Assembly (NCBI GenBank): GCA_028534125.1
Contig: CM052816.1
Coordinates: 45,200,001-45,264,000 of the forward strand
DNA from: Lama glama
Taxonomy: Eukaryota
Direction: 5' to 3'
Length of the DNA stretch: 64,000 bases
Shown here: positions 41,591 to 54,677 of the stretch, in pieces
Numbering within the stretch: the stretch's first letter is position 1
Layout: every line of letters begins with the position of its first letter
Made by a program: the position numbers and the translations under genes
The notes under the pieces: generated by a model
Seen by the model: only the letters and a program-made list of their open reading frames with translations
Told to the model about the DNA's origin: nothing
Databases searched by the model: none

Positions 41591-42420
41591 GGAGTATATG
41601 TGAAAATATGACACATTTTACTATTTTATTGGTTTAAAAATAATTTTAACTTAAGTATACGAAGCAATAGCTATGTCTAAAAAGAAAACTTGCTAAAATT
41701 AAGGAACTAAACTCCAAACACCAAATTTTGCTTTACTTTATATAGTTTTGCAAAACTTGCAATGTAGATAGCGGTTTGTACCTCGACTTTAAATTTTACC
41801 ACTCTTATAAGAGAATGCACTTTTTTACAACATTACTCTAACCCAGCTTGTAATTTTTAGAACAAATGAAAATGCGGGATTTAGAACACAAAGAAATGAA
41901 ATCCCATATTCTCTAGGAAAAAACATCTTAAAAATATAAGAAAACATTCTACGTATGTATAAGGAAATGTTTGTCCAGTTAATAAAAACAATCAAGTAAT
42001 ATTTATTTACATGTTTTTGGTAAAAAATAGTGAATCTATGTATTCCACCACATGGCAAAAGAATGACTGTGATCTTTCACATTATTTGTCAATAATAACA
42101 AAGTCTGGACACAGAGAAGCAGCAGGCCGTTCCTTGAAGACACATTACATGGGATAAAACAGACTGCTCTATGCTTGCCTATTTTTTCCTCTCGGGAATT
42201 CTGGACTTGTATGTTTGTAGTTTATATATTGTTTCCTATTTCCTACATATTTTATGCCTATATGTGAAATCAATAGGCTGAAAACAGTAGTTGGGTCTTT
42301 CCATTTTATTAAATCTTTAACATAGAAAGCTGAAGTCAGTGGCATCCTTAGCATTTACCTTTTTTTTTTTTAATGGTAGCTACACTTTAGGAAAGGCACA
42401 CTCACTTGGTGCTACAAGCG

Positions 42421-43230
42421 GTTATTGTGATTTATAGTAAGATATATATATTTGGTCTTCACCGCCATTTCTCGCATAGAGCTCTTAAAACCCTCGGAAA
42501 TTCCTTTAGTGAGGAGAGCAATCAAGGTGTCTTTTGTTAGGTTAGTGAGGTGACTTTTGGGAAGCACCTAAGGATGGGGCCTGGAAGTCAGCAGAGCCAA
42601 CCTTGTAATTAGAAGCTTGGAGCTTTCAGTCCCACTTTCTGACCTCCAGGGATGGGAGAAGAGCTGGTGGCTGAATCAGTTGCCAGTGACCAATGATTTA
42701 ATCAATCATGCCTATGTAATGAACTCTCCATAAAAACCCAAAAGCTCTGGGTTTGGAGCGTTTTCAGGTTGGCAAACACATGGAGATGCAGGGAGAGCGG
42801 TACACCTGGGGCAGGCAGGGCAGCTCCTCGTCCTTTCCCCATCCCTTGCCTTGTGCATCTCTTCCATCTGGCTCTTCCTGACTTACATCCCTTTATAATA
42901 AACTAGTAATGTAGTAAGTAAAGGTCTGAGTCTGTGAGTGGCTCCAGCAAATTAACTGAACCTGAGGAGCGGGTCTTGGCTACCTCTGATTTATAGCCAG
43001 TCTGTCAGAAGCACAGGTAACAATCTGGACTTGAAACTGGCCTCTGAAGTAGGAGTGGGGGGTGGAGGGCTGGAACAGGCAGTCTTGTAGGACTGGATCC
43101 TTACTGATGGAATCTCATGCTCTCTCCAGGTAGTATCAGAAGTGAGTTGAATGGTAGGACATCCAGCTGGTGTCCCTAAGAGGTGCTTGTTGGTGGTATG
43201 GGAAAAAAAACACTCCCCTCATAACAGAAT
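42421..43230 (+). mobile_element. MER21-like solo LTR
   Basis: Starts ttattgtgatttatagtaagatatatatatttggtctt; contains aatgatttaatcaatcatgcctatgtaatgaa and ttatagccagtctgtcagaagcacaggtaacaa. Homologous to 1-572. Confidence 0.78.
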
Positions 43231-43789
43231 CTAGCCTCAGACCATTCATTGCTGCCTAGTAGACAGTAAGTTTGTGTCTTTAATAAGCTGTGTGGTGGAG
43301 TTAACCTCTGTACAAGACCCTGATCAAATACGTGCTGTATCAAAAACACATTCACTATAGTAGCAAATCAGACAAGGTTATGGGGTTCACAGAAGTATTA
43401 GATACAAGAATCAGCACAGAAAACAGGAAAGGTAATTTCTACCTTATTGAACTCTGTATATACCATGCACTGTATTAGGAGATTTGAAAACACTGTCCTT
43501 CAAACATTCAACAATTCTAGGAAGCCTTCTCTCAGAGGGGTTCAGTAACTTCTTCAAGGACACAGTTCTCTTCAGCAGGCTGGGAAATCTAGGTGTGAAG
43601 TGCCTGGAAGCACAGTAGTGTGCGTTTCCCTTATACTGGAGCAGCGAAGCAGTTCAGGGTAATGGCAAAACCCAGGTGGGACCAGGCAGCGTTAGTGGGG
43701 CTGGAGGCCACCAAGAGCTGCATAGGGTGGATCAACTACACATACTGACGTCCCGAGGATGGGGTGGGACACTCGGGATGACCCTCTTT

Positions 43790-44462
43790 CTTTCCTCCTC
43801 CCTACCTTGAATCCAACCCATCACCAAGCCCAGTCAATTTCACCTCCAAAATATTCCTTGAACTTTGGACTTCTTTCCAAATCCACTGCTCATATGCTAG
43901 TCAAAGTCACCACGATCTCACACCTTCGTCAAGGCAAGAAGCTCTGTATCAACTTGCCCCTCCTCTTGTTTCTACTTTCTTACAATAATTAATTCTCCGT
44001 CATAGAAAACGTCATTCCACTCCTTATAACATTTTAATGCTTACCACTACTTATAAGAGAAAGGCTCCAATCCTAACCTGTTTTATAAGCCTTTGCAGGA
44101 CCTTCTACCCACTATTCCAGGCTCACTGTCACCACTCTGCCTGCATCCTCCACAACCAGCTACACTAGGCTGATTTCAAGTCCCCCATCTCAAGGCCTTT
44201 GCATATTCATTCTCTCAATCATTCCACGAATGTCTATTATGCAGGTAGGATGCCAGGCATGGTTCTAAGTGCTGCCCTGCTATGTGCTGCTCTCTCTGGA
44301 AAATTCTCCTAAACTGCACGATACCTCTTGGGCCCAGCACTCCTTACTCAGACATCTGATCTCCCTTCCTCAGGAATCCCCCAAATTAGATGACTTTCCT
44401 CTGTTTATGCTTTTTTATAGCACCCTGTACTGATCTCTCATAGAACTTATCCCAGTTTTTAA
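43790..44462 (+). mobile_element. L2 fragment interrupted by the SINE/L1 insertion (resumes about 45663-45815)
   Basis: L2-like body to tagaacttatcccag; terminus aataaataactttgaatgaataaatg after the insertion. Confidence 0.6.
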
Positions 44463-44469
44463 CAATGTC

Positions 44470-44618
44470 GGGGGGGGAGGGTATGGCTCAGTGGTAGAGT
44501 GAGCACTTAGCATGCACGAAGTCCTGGGTTCGATCCCCAGTATTTCCATTATAAAAAAAATACATTTCTAGAATCTAATTACCTGCCCCCCCCCAAAAAA
44601 CAAAACAACAACAAAAAA
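44470..44618 (+). mobile_element. tRNA-Ala-derived SINE (Vic-1-like)
   Basis: ggggagggtatggctcagtggtagagtgagcacttagcatgcacgaagtcctgggttcgatccccagta...taattacctgcccccccc followed by an A-rich tail. Confidence 0.9.
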
Positions 44619-45655
44619 GGAGTTCCTTTAATCCAAAACAATAAAATACTTAGCAATAAATCTGACCAAGGAGGTGAAAGACTTATGTACAGAGAACTAC
44701 AAAACATTGATTAAGGAAATTAAAGATGTCTTAAAGAAATGGAAAGATATCCCAGGCTCTTGGATTGTAAGAATTAATATTGTTAAAATGGCCATACTAC
44801 CCAAAGCAACCTACAGATTTAATGTGATCCCTATCAAATTACCTAGGACATTTTTCACAGAACCAGAGAAAAGGGAACCCTCCTGCACTGCTGGTGGGAA
44901 TGTAGTTCGGTGCAGCCCTTATGGAAAACAGTATGCAGACTCCTTAAAAAACTGAAAATAGACTGACCCTATGATCCAGCAATCCCACTCCTGGGCATAT
45001 ATCTGGAGGGAACTCTAACTTGAAAAGATACACGCACCCCCAATGTTCACGGCAGCCCTATTTACAATACCTAAGACATGGAAATAACCTAAATGTCCAT
45101 CAACAGATGACTGGATAAAGAAGTTGTGGTATATTTATATGATGGAATACTACTACTCAGCCATAAAAAATAATAAAATAAAATAATGCCATTTGCAGCA
45201 ACATAGATGGACCTGGAGATCATCATTCTAAGTGAAGAAAGCCAGAAGGAGAAAAAAAATACCATATGATATTACTCATATGTGGAATCTGAAAAAAAAA
45301 AAAGAAAAGAAAGAAAAAAAGAAGACACTAATGAACCTATCTACAAAACAGAAACAGACTCACAGACGTAGTAAACAAACTTATGATTACTGGGGGAAAA
45401 CAGGGTGGGAAGGGATAAATTGGGAGTTCGAGATATGCAAATACTAACTACTATGTATAAAACAGATAAAAAACAAATTTCTTCTGTATAGCACAGGGAA
45501 CTATATTCAATATCAATAATATAGGTAATAACCTATAATAAAAAGAATATGAAAACAAATATATGTATGTAAGTGTATGGCTGAAACATCATACCATATA
45601 CCAGAAATCAACACATTGTAACTGACTATACTTCAAAAAACCAAAAACCAAAAAC
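44619..45655 (+). mobile_element. 5'-truncated L1 with internal ORF2 deletion
   Basis: Peptide [16 protein letters not shown]...[41 protein letters not shown] jumps to [12 protein letters not shown] in another frame, followed by the 3' UTR and A-rich tail. Confidence 0.92.
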
Positions 45656-47649
45656 CAATGTCTGTGGGATTACTTTTTTAAAATCTGTCTCCCACAATAG
45701 AAGCAGCCTCTGATTTTATGCATTCTGTTTGGGACCATTCCTGTTTGGTTCTCCATTGTGCCCCCAGAACCTGATGTAGTGACTTACTTAATAAATAACT
45801 TTGAATGAATAAATGCTGAGAGAGGCTACCTGTTGAAATTTTTCAGATATAACATAAAATATGATTTGGAAGTGTATTACTGATGAAGGTCATAACAAAA
45901 CTCAAACGTATCAGGAACTCCAGAGGACCTTCTAATTGAAAGACATATTGATCTTCAATGTAAATAGTTAAAACCAACTGAACAATTTGTTTTACAAAGA
46001 CAAAATATTCAGGAAGCCAATGACATAAATGATCATTTAGGTAGCCAGTGAGAGTCAAGAACCTGTCAAAAGACTCATCACTAATCAGTGACCAGACGCT
46101 TTACTTCTTATGTCCTCTTCCATTTAATTTCTTCAAATTTAGAAATTTACCAGTCCCCCCCACCCCAAGTGGAGACAAGTACTTTATCAGATGACTTCTG
46201 CTTAAAAATGGAACTATTCCTTTTGAGCATTTTTTCCTGTTTAATTTTATAGTCACTAAAGAATTTGCACCATCTCTAGGTCTGACTTCTGAGCACCCAT
46301 CTTACTCCAAAATCAGGGAGGCAGCAGGGGTTGTAAAAAGTACACAGATCTTCTTCTGGGAAACCTGGATTCTAGTCTCAGCTCTGTCACTAAACAGTGT
46401 TCAAAACCCAGGGTTCCAATTTCTCATCTGTAAAATCAAGGTGTGCTGCAGACTGTATTCTATATGAGCCTTTACAGAATTAAAAGTTGCTTGTTTTTAA
46501 TAATTACAGAACATTACAGCTGCAGGTATTTTGTCTTCTTTTGGGGCTTATCACAAAGAAGGTTAAACCTACGAATTTACTTTCTGTAGACAGCTGGTCT
46601 GTCCTCCAGCCCTACACAAATCTCACTGTAAATTAATACACCATGAATACCTGTGTAGTGAATCAGCTTTCTGGAGCCTTGTCAAGTCTGAGTTTTTGAG
46701 CCTGCAAAGTTACGGACCAAACTTTGATCTATGGTGTCCCCAAAGATAAAGCTGACCTCTACAATAAACTTGAGAAAAAAACAATACCACATTCTACACA
46801 TCATAAAAATTCTGGTGAATCCAACCATGGCAAGTGATGATAGAATTTATAGGTAGGAAAGAACTCCACCTTCTTCGGAAAGTGCTTCCTAATTTAGCCT
46901 GGCTGGTGGTCTGCGTGACCGAGAGTGGTAATGGGGAAGATTAAGAAACAGGGCTTTAATAGTGATTCTTTGTTCTTCTTGTCGCATAGATGACAATTTT
47001 ATGTGTCAGAGAAGAAAGAGCATCTCTAGTAAATGTCAACCATATTTGTTTATAAAGAAAGGAAATGAACTTCAGAGTTAATTCTAACCCACAAGTGAAA
47101 TAGCAAAACATTTTACACAGATGTGTCTAAATAATTTTGATCTTAAAACACCCACAACAGTCTGCATCAATCTCTCAGTCCAGAAAAAAATAAATATTCT
47201 AAACTCAGGCTTTTCCTATTTTAGGCTGATTACCGTTTTTCCTCATTTATACTATAGCTTTTGGTTTTAATTACAGAAGTCTTGTTTCCTGTTTTCTAAC
47301 ATTAAAGAATCCTTGCCTCACTGTTTTTTATAATAATCCTTTAGGAACTTAAACAGAACTTTTATTTCCCAGTGAATTCTTTCAGATTTGCCTAGGACTG
47401 AACAACGGTGATGATTCAAGTGCTAAGCACTGGGAACTCAGGACAGACCATTCTGGACTTAGTGTGGTCTTTATCAGTTTACTGCAGGAACAGAGAATGG
47501 GGCTTCATGTCTTCACTCTTTTTACCCAGTGTGGGTATATGTGGGGGTGCAGTGGGGAGAGTGGGGGTGCTGGAAGAGGGTCATTTAAATTTAGGATTCA
47601 CCAATGTAAGTCAACATGTTAGAAAGGTACAGTAAACCTTTCATTATTC

Positions 47650-48000
47650 TTAGCATTCATTCAAGTATTTGTTCATTCATGGATCCATTCATTCATTCAA
47701 CATTTACTGAGCATAGGCGTTGTGAGAGTTGGGAACGGAGATAAAATACATAATACCTGTCCTCAAGTGGCTAACAGGTGAGTGAGAGAAAAACAGAAGT
47801 GATGATATTCTAGCAGAAGAATGCCATAATCAGGAAAATAGTCACATTGCAGGAACTCAGAGGAAATACACTGAAAAGCCGTTGGGGTGGAGCAGAGAAG
47901 ACTCTTTGTAAGACTTCTAAGTGAGGTCAACAACAACAACCACAACTGGGAAGCCAGGCAGCAGGCAGGAGGAAAGAGGAAGGAGGAAAGTGGAAGATGA
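47650..48000 (-). mobile_element. L2 fragment
   Basis: cattcattcattcaacatttactgagcat is the reverse-oriented L2 terminus. Confidence 0.6.
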
Positions 48001-51000
48001 CACTCAGAAGGACCAGACAACATGTCCAGGCTGAAACAACCAGTGGAGAAGGGCAGTGAAGCTTCTGACATTGGACTGAATCAAGTCTTCATGGAGCACA
48101 CCATTTTCAGCGTACAATGAAAGGGAATCTCAGACGTTTACTAAATGTCTTATGGTCCCCAGTGAGTACATCACAAACCCCAAATGGATCCTACTGACTG
48201 TTCAGAATGACAGAACCAAGAGTGGTGATGAGATTTTAAACTAGACTGTAGAATGCTGCTTTGAGGGGGGCGTGAGGAACTCTGAAGACCTGTAAAGCTA
48301 GGCTACTTCTCATGAGTGCAAGAATCAGACTGACTTTAAGAGAGAGTTACCAAAGTTGTTTAGGTGGTGAATTTTGAAAACAATCCAAATTTGTATTATG
48401 AAAACAAAAAAAACTTGAAATGGTCCAGGCCAAGTGCTGGTGTCACCTATGGTATTAGCTCCCTAATTTCTTACCCAGAGCTCAAGTTGTCAGTAAGTCT
48501 TCTGCTTTACCTACTGTGTGATGACATGGACTATTTATCCAACTGAAGAGAGATTTTTCTAAGACGTAACTGTTCAGTAGCCCCTTTTGTAATAAATGAA
48601 ATCACTAGTAAGATCATTATCAGTTAAACAAAGTCTCAAATGCTTCACTGAACGCCTGCAGAGTAAGTTCAGGGGATGTGAGAAGCCCCACTTGGTGGTG
48701 GGCTTGTCTCCTGGTAGTGGCTAGGCCCTCTCCAGCCTGAGGGAGTTTATAAAAAGAGTCAAACCATATCTCTACAGAGAAGTGCAAAAGTGTTCTCTGT
48801 CCAGGTTATTGGGAAGTCCAATGAGGTGATCCCAGGTATAACCTGGTTACTGTAATTCTGGAGACAAGTGACAATAAGCTACAAGAGGGACACGTGACCA
48901 TTCTGTAAGGCTGGATACCTGCTTTCAGATGGTAGAAAATCAAAAACTTGGTATTAGGGGCATGTGGCCTGTTGCCTCTGTGGGAGGCACAACTGTTCAA
49001 ACACCAGGCATTTCCCCTGTTGCTTCCACACACCTTCCCTGCAGAACTGGGCCATAAATGACAGAGCCAAGTCACATAACAAATCCCGTTTCCAGTTCAA
49101 TGCTGCAAACACAGATTAAGTCATATCTTGGGTTTCTTCCACCGAGAAAACTTACAAGAAGCAAAGCAACTTTTCAAAGCACAGTAAAATAAACATTTGC
49201 TCCATGACTTACTGAATTTGGCACAAGGGAAACATGCACTTCCAGTAAACTCAGCGAGTTAACTGAGGCACCGACTTCACCTTCCTGGTTGCTGAAGGCC
49301 ACCAGACTGCTCTGGGAGGCCAAGCTTACTTCTACTGCTAACCCCACCACGAAGTCTATTATTTGAGGCACAGCATGTAACCTTTAGCTGTTTCAGCTCT
49401 TAAGTGGAACCATCCTGCTGGCTATCACACAGTTCTCGGGGAGAATGTCTGATAATTAAATATGTTCTTTGTATATAAATGTTTTGGTAGTACAGGCTGG
49501 AAAACTATGAAACATGTAAATAATCTGAAAAGGTCAGCTTGGGATGAGGTGCTAAAACTTGTGAGTCATTTCAAGAGACTTCCCTAAATTGAGGAGATTT
49601 GTGGGAGAGGAGTGGAGACATTGAAATTTTCAAATACGATTTAATTCGACAAGAATTTACTGAGGACCTTGTGCCAGCCCTGGAATTAAGCATTCCGAGC
49701 AGTCCAAAAGAAGTGGGAGAGGGGATCTTCAGGGAATGGGCTGGAGAACAGCCTCAGGTGGTGTAGGATGTGCCGAGTGAGTGAAAACACAGAACACGAT
49801 GTGGGGGCTGGCAGCACAAGAGATCACAGCAGACTCACGAGGCAGAGGTGGTTTCAGGGAAGTGGTACATTTAAAGCTGGATCCTGAAGTAAGGTAAGAT
49901 TTGGAAAAAAGTTTTAAAGGGGAACAGAATTACACATAAACATAACAGCATGGTCGGAGGCAAAGGAGATGGGAATGAAATAAAGGTCCTCTGTAAACGA
50001 CCATAATTGCTGTACTTGTTCACTGCAGCCAACACGTCCTAGCACTGGTGTCTGCCATGCTTTGGATGATCTGGTTACCACAAACAGCTCGAGCACACAA
50101 TGCATTTACTCAAAAAAATTTGGAGGATTATTTAAGGCCATACCACTCTTCTTTCCTTTTATCCTTTTATTTTTTTAAAATAGTCAAACTACCCCTTATT
50201 GAGTGTTTATTTATGTGCCACACGCTGGGCCAAGCACTTCACGTGTGTTACTTCATTTACTGGGACTTAGGGATGGCGCTGTATCTGGAGTTCAAACTTG
50301 GGCCTGATTCCAGATCCCTAACTCTCGGCTGTAATTTATCAAGACTAGCGTTGCCTGGATTCCCTCTGGACCTTCGGGATTTGCAAGGCATTCTCATTGA
50401 TCACGTTATTCACCTGGAGAATGCTGCGATGAGATGCTCCCGATTACAGCTCGCCTGTATCTTCTGCCTGCACTCCCTCCCGATCCACTCAGAGAAGTAT
50501 AGCAATGCCTACTTTGGGGGCAAAAGGTATCACACTACCTTAATACGTGATGTTAACCAAATAAGTTTTAACTTCCTTTTCATGCAGCAATACTAGATGG
50601 GCCTAAAGTGAAAATGATACTTTACTTAATGAACCTAATACTAACCCCACTTACCTGTGAGAGAAAAAACAAGATAAACATTAAATTAATTTTGTGGTTG
50701 CTTTCGGATGGATGAACTCAAAATATACCAGAAAATAAATGCAATGGGAAATTTTAGGATAAATTCCAAAAATAGACCAAAAGGTCTAGTCTAAGAGATA
50801 TTACCCCCTTCGTGATACCAGTAATGTAATGGTGCTCACTGATTGCTACTCAGAAATAATACAAACAAAAAATTCTATTCAGGAAAATGTTTTAAAAATA
50901 AATAGACAAGGAAGTAAAAGCAACTGAAGTTGGACTCTGAGACCTTCCTTGTTTCCTTTTCCATGTGGTCATCACCTGCCTTCTCAATGAGCTTTCCTGA

Positions 51001-51384
51001 CCACTTACTTAAAATTGAAACCCACCTGCCTGCCCCTCACTTTCCTGAACTTGACATTTATCACCTTCTAACATGCTACATAATGTCCTTATTATATTTA
51101 TTTGTACTATCTATCTATCCCCTTACCCCTATTCCTACCCTCAAATGCAAGTTTCTCGAGGGCAGGCATTTCTGTCTGTTTTGTTAACTGATTTATCCAA
51201 AGTATACAAAACAATTCCTGAAACAAATTATTTAATCAATCAATTAACTAACGAAAGTGAAACATCTTCTAGTGTTAACTGTGGAAAATTCATAGCTGAG
51301 AACAGAGAAGTAATTATAAGTCATTTCTGCCAATGAGATTTGTAAAACAAGAATGGTAACACTGAGGATAACAGTAATAACAAA

Positions 51385-51600
51385 AGTAAATAACATTTAT
51401 TGAATGCTTACTAAGGACTACCACTCTTTCATGCTTTACATATACTGTCTCACTCCATCCTCACAACACCACTCTAAGATTGGTATCATCATCACTCTCA
51501 CTTTACAGATGAGGAAGCTGAGGCACAGGGATGTGTAGTAACTCATCTAAGATCACAGAACTAGCGAACGGCAAGCCAGGATTTGAACCTAGGAAGTGTG
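51385..51600 (-). mobile_element. MIR SINE
   Basis: taacatttattgaatgcttact...ctttacagatgaggaagctgaggcacag...aagatcacagaactag...gccaggatttgaacctagg. Confidence 0.85.
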
Positions 51601-54162
51601 GTGGACAGCTTGTGTTTGCTATCTGCATATCCTGGAAGGTGGATAATTGAGGAAAATGGGTTTTACTCTGTTCATTTTCTCTCCGGGAGTAGGAGAAACG
51701 AGAGGAGGTCTGGGAGTCCCTTTTTAAATGCCAATATCCTGGCAAGAGGTACAACTGAAACTAACCCAGTGAGATCATCATGGGGTGGGGTTGAGGGGTA
51801 GATTAAGTGACAGTGAGCCACGGTCAGCAAAAGAGCAGGATTATGGGGTAGTGAGCAGATGGGGCAAGAGAAGCAAAAAGATGTGGAAAGCTGAATGGGG
51901 AGCTACTAAAGACAAATTTTTGCATGCTCCATTTTGGAGATGTTACTAGTATGTGTTCTGTCACTGACAGCAACTATCGTTTCCTGATCTGCATTTTGCC
52001 AGACCACTCTCAGCCTTTGTAATAGGATTAGACGCAGCAACTCAATAGCAATTTTGGTTTCGCATTGTTAAGTCATGCTGTTTTATGATTTTCACTTTTT
52101 TCCCCAAAAAGACACATGAGGTGGTAGTGTGTTGTGACCAGATCAAACAGTGCTAATAAATAACAATGGTTATTTGGAAATAACCAAGAACAAAAGTGCC
52201 TTCTCTTCTTCTGGCTGTGAGTGTGTGCTCACTAGTTCATCATCAGTTACAAGGAGATGTCTCTGCTTGAGGAGCGAGTCCCTGGTTAGCATTTGGTAAA
52301 TGCCACTATGCAGAGCCTATATAAAAAGACTTTTATTTCCACAACTATAATCTGTTCAAGAACATCAAAGGGTAGAAAAGCATAAAGGAAAACTCTGACA
52401 CCTCATCCACTCAATATAATATGTATTCCACATATATGTACACACAGAATAATCATGAACAATTTTCCCTGTCAAACTAGTTTTCTCCTTGTTTTTTTCA
52501 CTGAAAGGCCCAGAAAAAAAAGAGGGAAGTAAAACAAAGCCATTAACTTCATTGCGATCTAGTCTCTCTTGTTTCAGAGCCACGAAAACATTTTTAGATT
52601 TCATTTTACTGGTAAATAAAACACTTCTGAAGTTCAATAACAAGTTAATGGTCCAAGTTTCATTTTTTTTCTTCCCTTCTTAAGCCATACTGACCTTTAT
52701 AGAAGCAAAAGAACACCATTTGACATTTCGTGGAAAATAAAGAAACATAATTTAGCAATTTTTAACCAGTTGCCGCACGCTACAGCTTTAGAGTTGCTCA
52801 ACTCTTTCCAGATACAAACGTCTCACAAGTAGGCTTCATATTCTTTTTAAAATCACAAGTAAATAAACACAAGTTTAATTGGATGAGCCTGCCTTGCATA
52901 TTTGGCTGATGTCATTCTCTCTTCTCTGGGGAAAAAAAATCAATTAAAAAAAAAGAAAACAAAAAAACACAAGATACAGATGACACTGACTTTCTGAAGT
53001 GCAACTCGAGAAAGCCACAACTGCAGTTATTCAGTTATTCAGACTTCTGACCCAACTCTCCCACCACAAAGAACAAACACCCCATGAGCTCGGGGGCTGA
53101 CTTTTCTGTTGCCTTGGCCCATGTCATCTGCTCACATGGCCTATTCCTCCACCTGGAACAAAAAATGTCTGCTGTCTCCATTCCAGCCCCTGGACCACTG
53201 GCACTGCTTCCATTTTCAGTGACGATTTCCAAGAGTCTGGTGAATGGATGGGCACATTCAATGAAAAAGGAAGGAAAGAACACAGAGCACCTCCTGTGGT
53301 CTGAGGACTGAGCTCCTCTACTCTTGATTTCCATGGCTTGTTTTTAGTTCCAGTCGTGGAATAGGAATGAGCACCATTCCCCAACATTCCCCATTCGATG
53401 CCTCCTTTAGCTCTTCTGTCTCCCGCAGCACCACATTCCCTTCTGCATCTCAGAGGGCGAGAGGGAGAGAGGCTGAGAGGTGCAGGGGCATTTAGTAAAA
53501 GTAAATACACAGGCTATAGGAAGAATGTGGGCCTGCAGGCTGTCTCAGAAGGCAAGAGAGAGGACCAAGAGATGCAGGGTGGTTAGTTTTTATGGGCTTG
53601 GTAGTTTCATATGCTAATGGTCAGCCTAGGAACTGTCACAGCGCCTGTGGGAGTGCCAGTTTGTCCTGTCCTCAACTGCTGTGTCATTCCTTCAGTGGTT
53701 GTGCCCCCTCCCATCTCACATACTGCAAGTTGCCAAGCACAGCTGAGGGGGTTCTGGCCTGATTTGCCAGGCACGTGCTTTCCCGCATCTGTCAAGGATA
53801 TCTGGATCTGTGCCTGCTCTGGGGCTGCAGATCTGAGCAAGGTTGAACCCAGTGTTCTGCAGTCACCCAGAACATCCAGAATGGCCAGCCTCTCCCCTCT
53901 CCCCTCTCCCCTCTCAGATCAGTCATGGACTGGAGGTCACTTGAGGGGGTGAATCCTCCTGAGGCCACCCTGGGAGCTGGGGTTCAATCCAGACAATGTT
54001 CAGAAAAAGGGTCCAAGAATTCTTCAAACAACTCTGATTTTTAAAAAATGTTTGGTATTAAAAAATGTGTAAATGACAGAAAGGCCGGAGGAGTTTCTCT
54101 TCCCTGATCCAAGCAGACTATGAGGGAGGGGACCCTTCAGTGAGTGCCTGCCAGTTAGGCCG

Positions 54163-54470
54163 GAGGCCCAAAGCTGGCAGCTTGAACACTGCCTGCCGAC
54201 AGGTTTTGATTGGTCTGCAGAATATTTAAAGGTTGTCTTTAAATAGTTGCCAACATTAACAAATTAGGAGCTTTCACATAAAAATCGGGTTCCTGGCTTC
54301 TCTAGAAAAATCAGAAGATCTGACTGATGCTACATCTGCTCCTGTCTAGTAAATGCTTAACTGGAGCCAAGCAGTGGCTGCCCCTTTAGACAAGGCACGC
54401 CGGCTCCTGACCACAGGCCCCGGCCCCATCTGCCTGCAGCCCTGCAGGCGCGGGAACTGTGCAGCCGCTG
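54163..54470 (+). mobile_element. MER102-like hAT-Charlie remnant
   Basis: tagttgccaacatt...tttcacataaaaatcggg...gaaaaatcagaagatctg...gtggctgcccctttagac. Confidence 0.72.
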
Positions 54471-54525
54471 GTAAAAGCATCCTCAGTGACTAACAGAGAA
54501 CCTGGTCTCAGCACTGTGTTCTTGT

Positions 54526-54677
54526 TATTGTTTTGGGGTTTTTTTGAGCGTTTTTTTCTGGAGGGGGAGTAGGTAATTAGGTTTACTTATTTTTTTTTTT
54601 AATGGAGGTACTGGGGGTTGAACCCATGACCTTGTGCATGCTAGGCATGCACTCTACCACTGAGCTATACCCTCCCC
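54526..54677 (-). mobile_element. tRNA-Ala-derived SINE (Vic-1-like) with 19-bp TSD
   Basis: Same family sequence. TSD ctcagcactgtgttcttgt (54507-54525) vs ctcagcactgtgtccttgt (54678-54696), 18/19. Confidence 0.92.

Noticed and set aside
44470..44550. tRNA-Ala-like sequences (also near 21100-21175, 27455-27533 and 54600-54677)
   Set aside because: They have A-rich tails, diverged stems and in most cases TSDs, so they are SINE heads rather than tRNA genes.
50048..50596. 182-aa plus-strand ORF
   Set aside because: Crosses a MIR-like fragment, has no recognisable domain, and is antisense within an intron.
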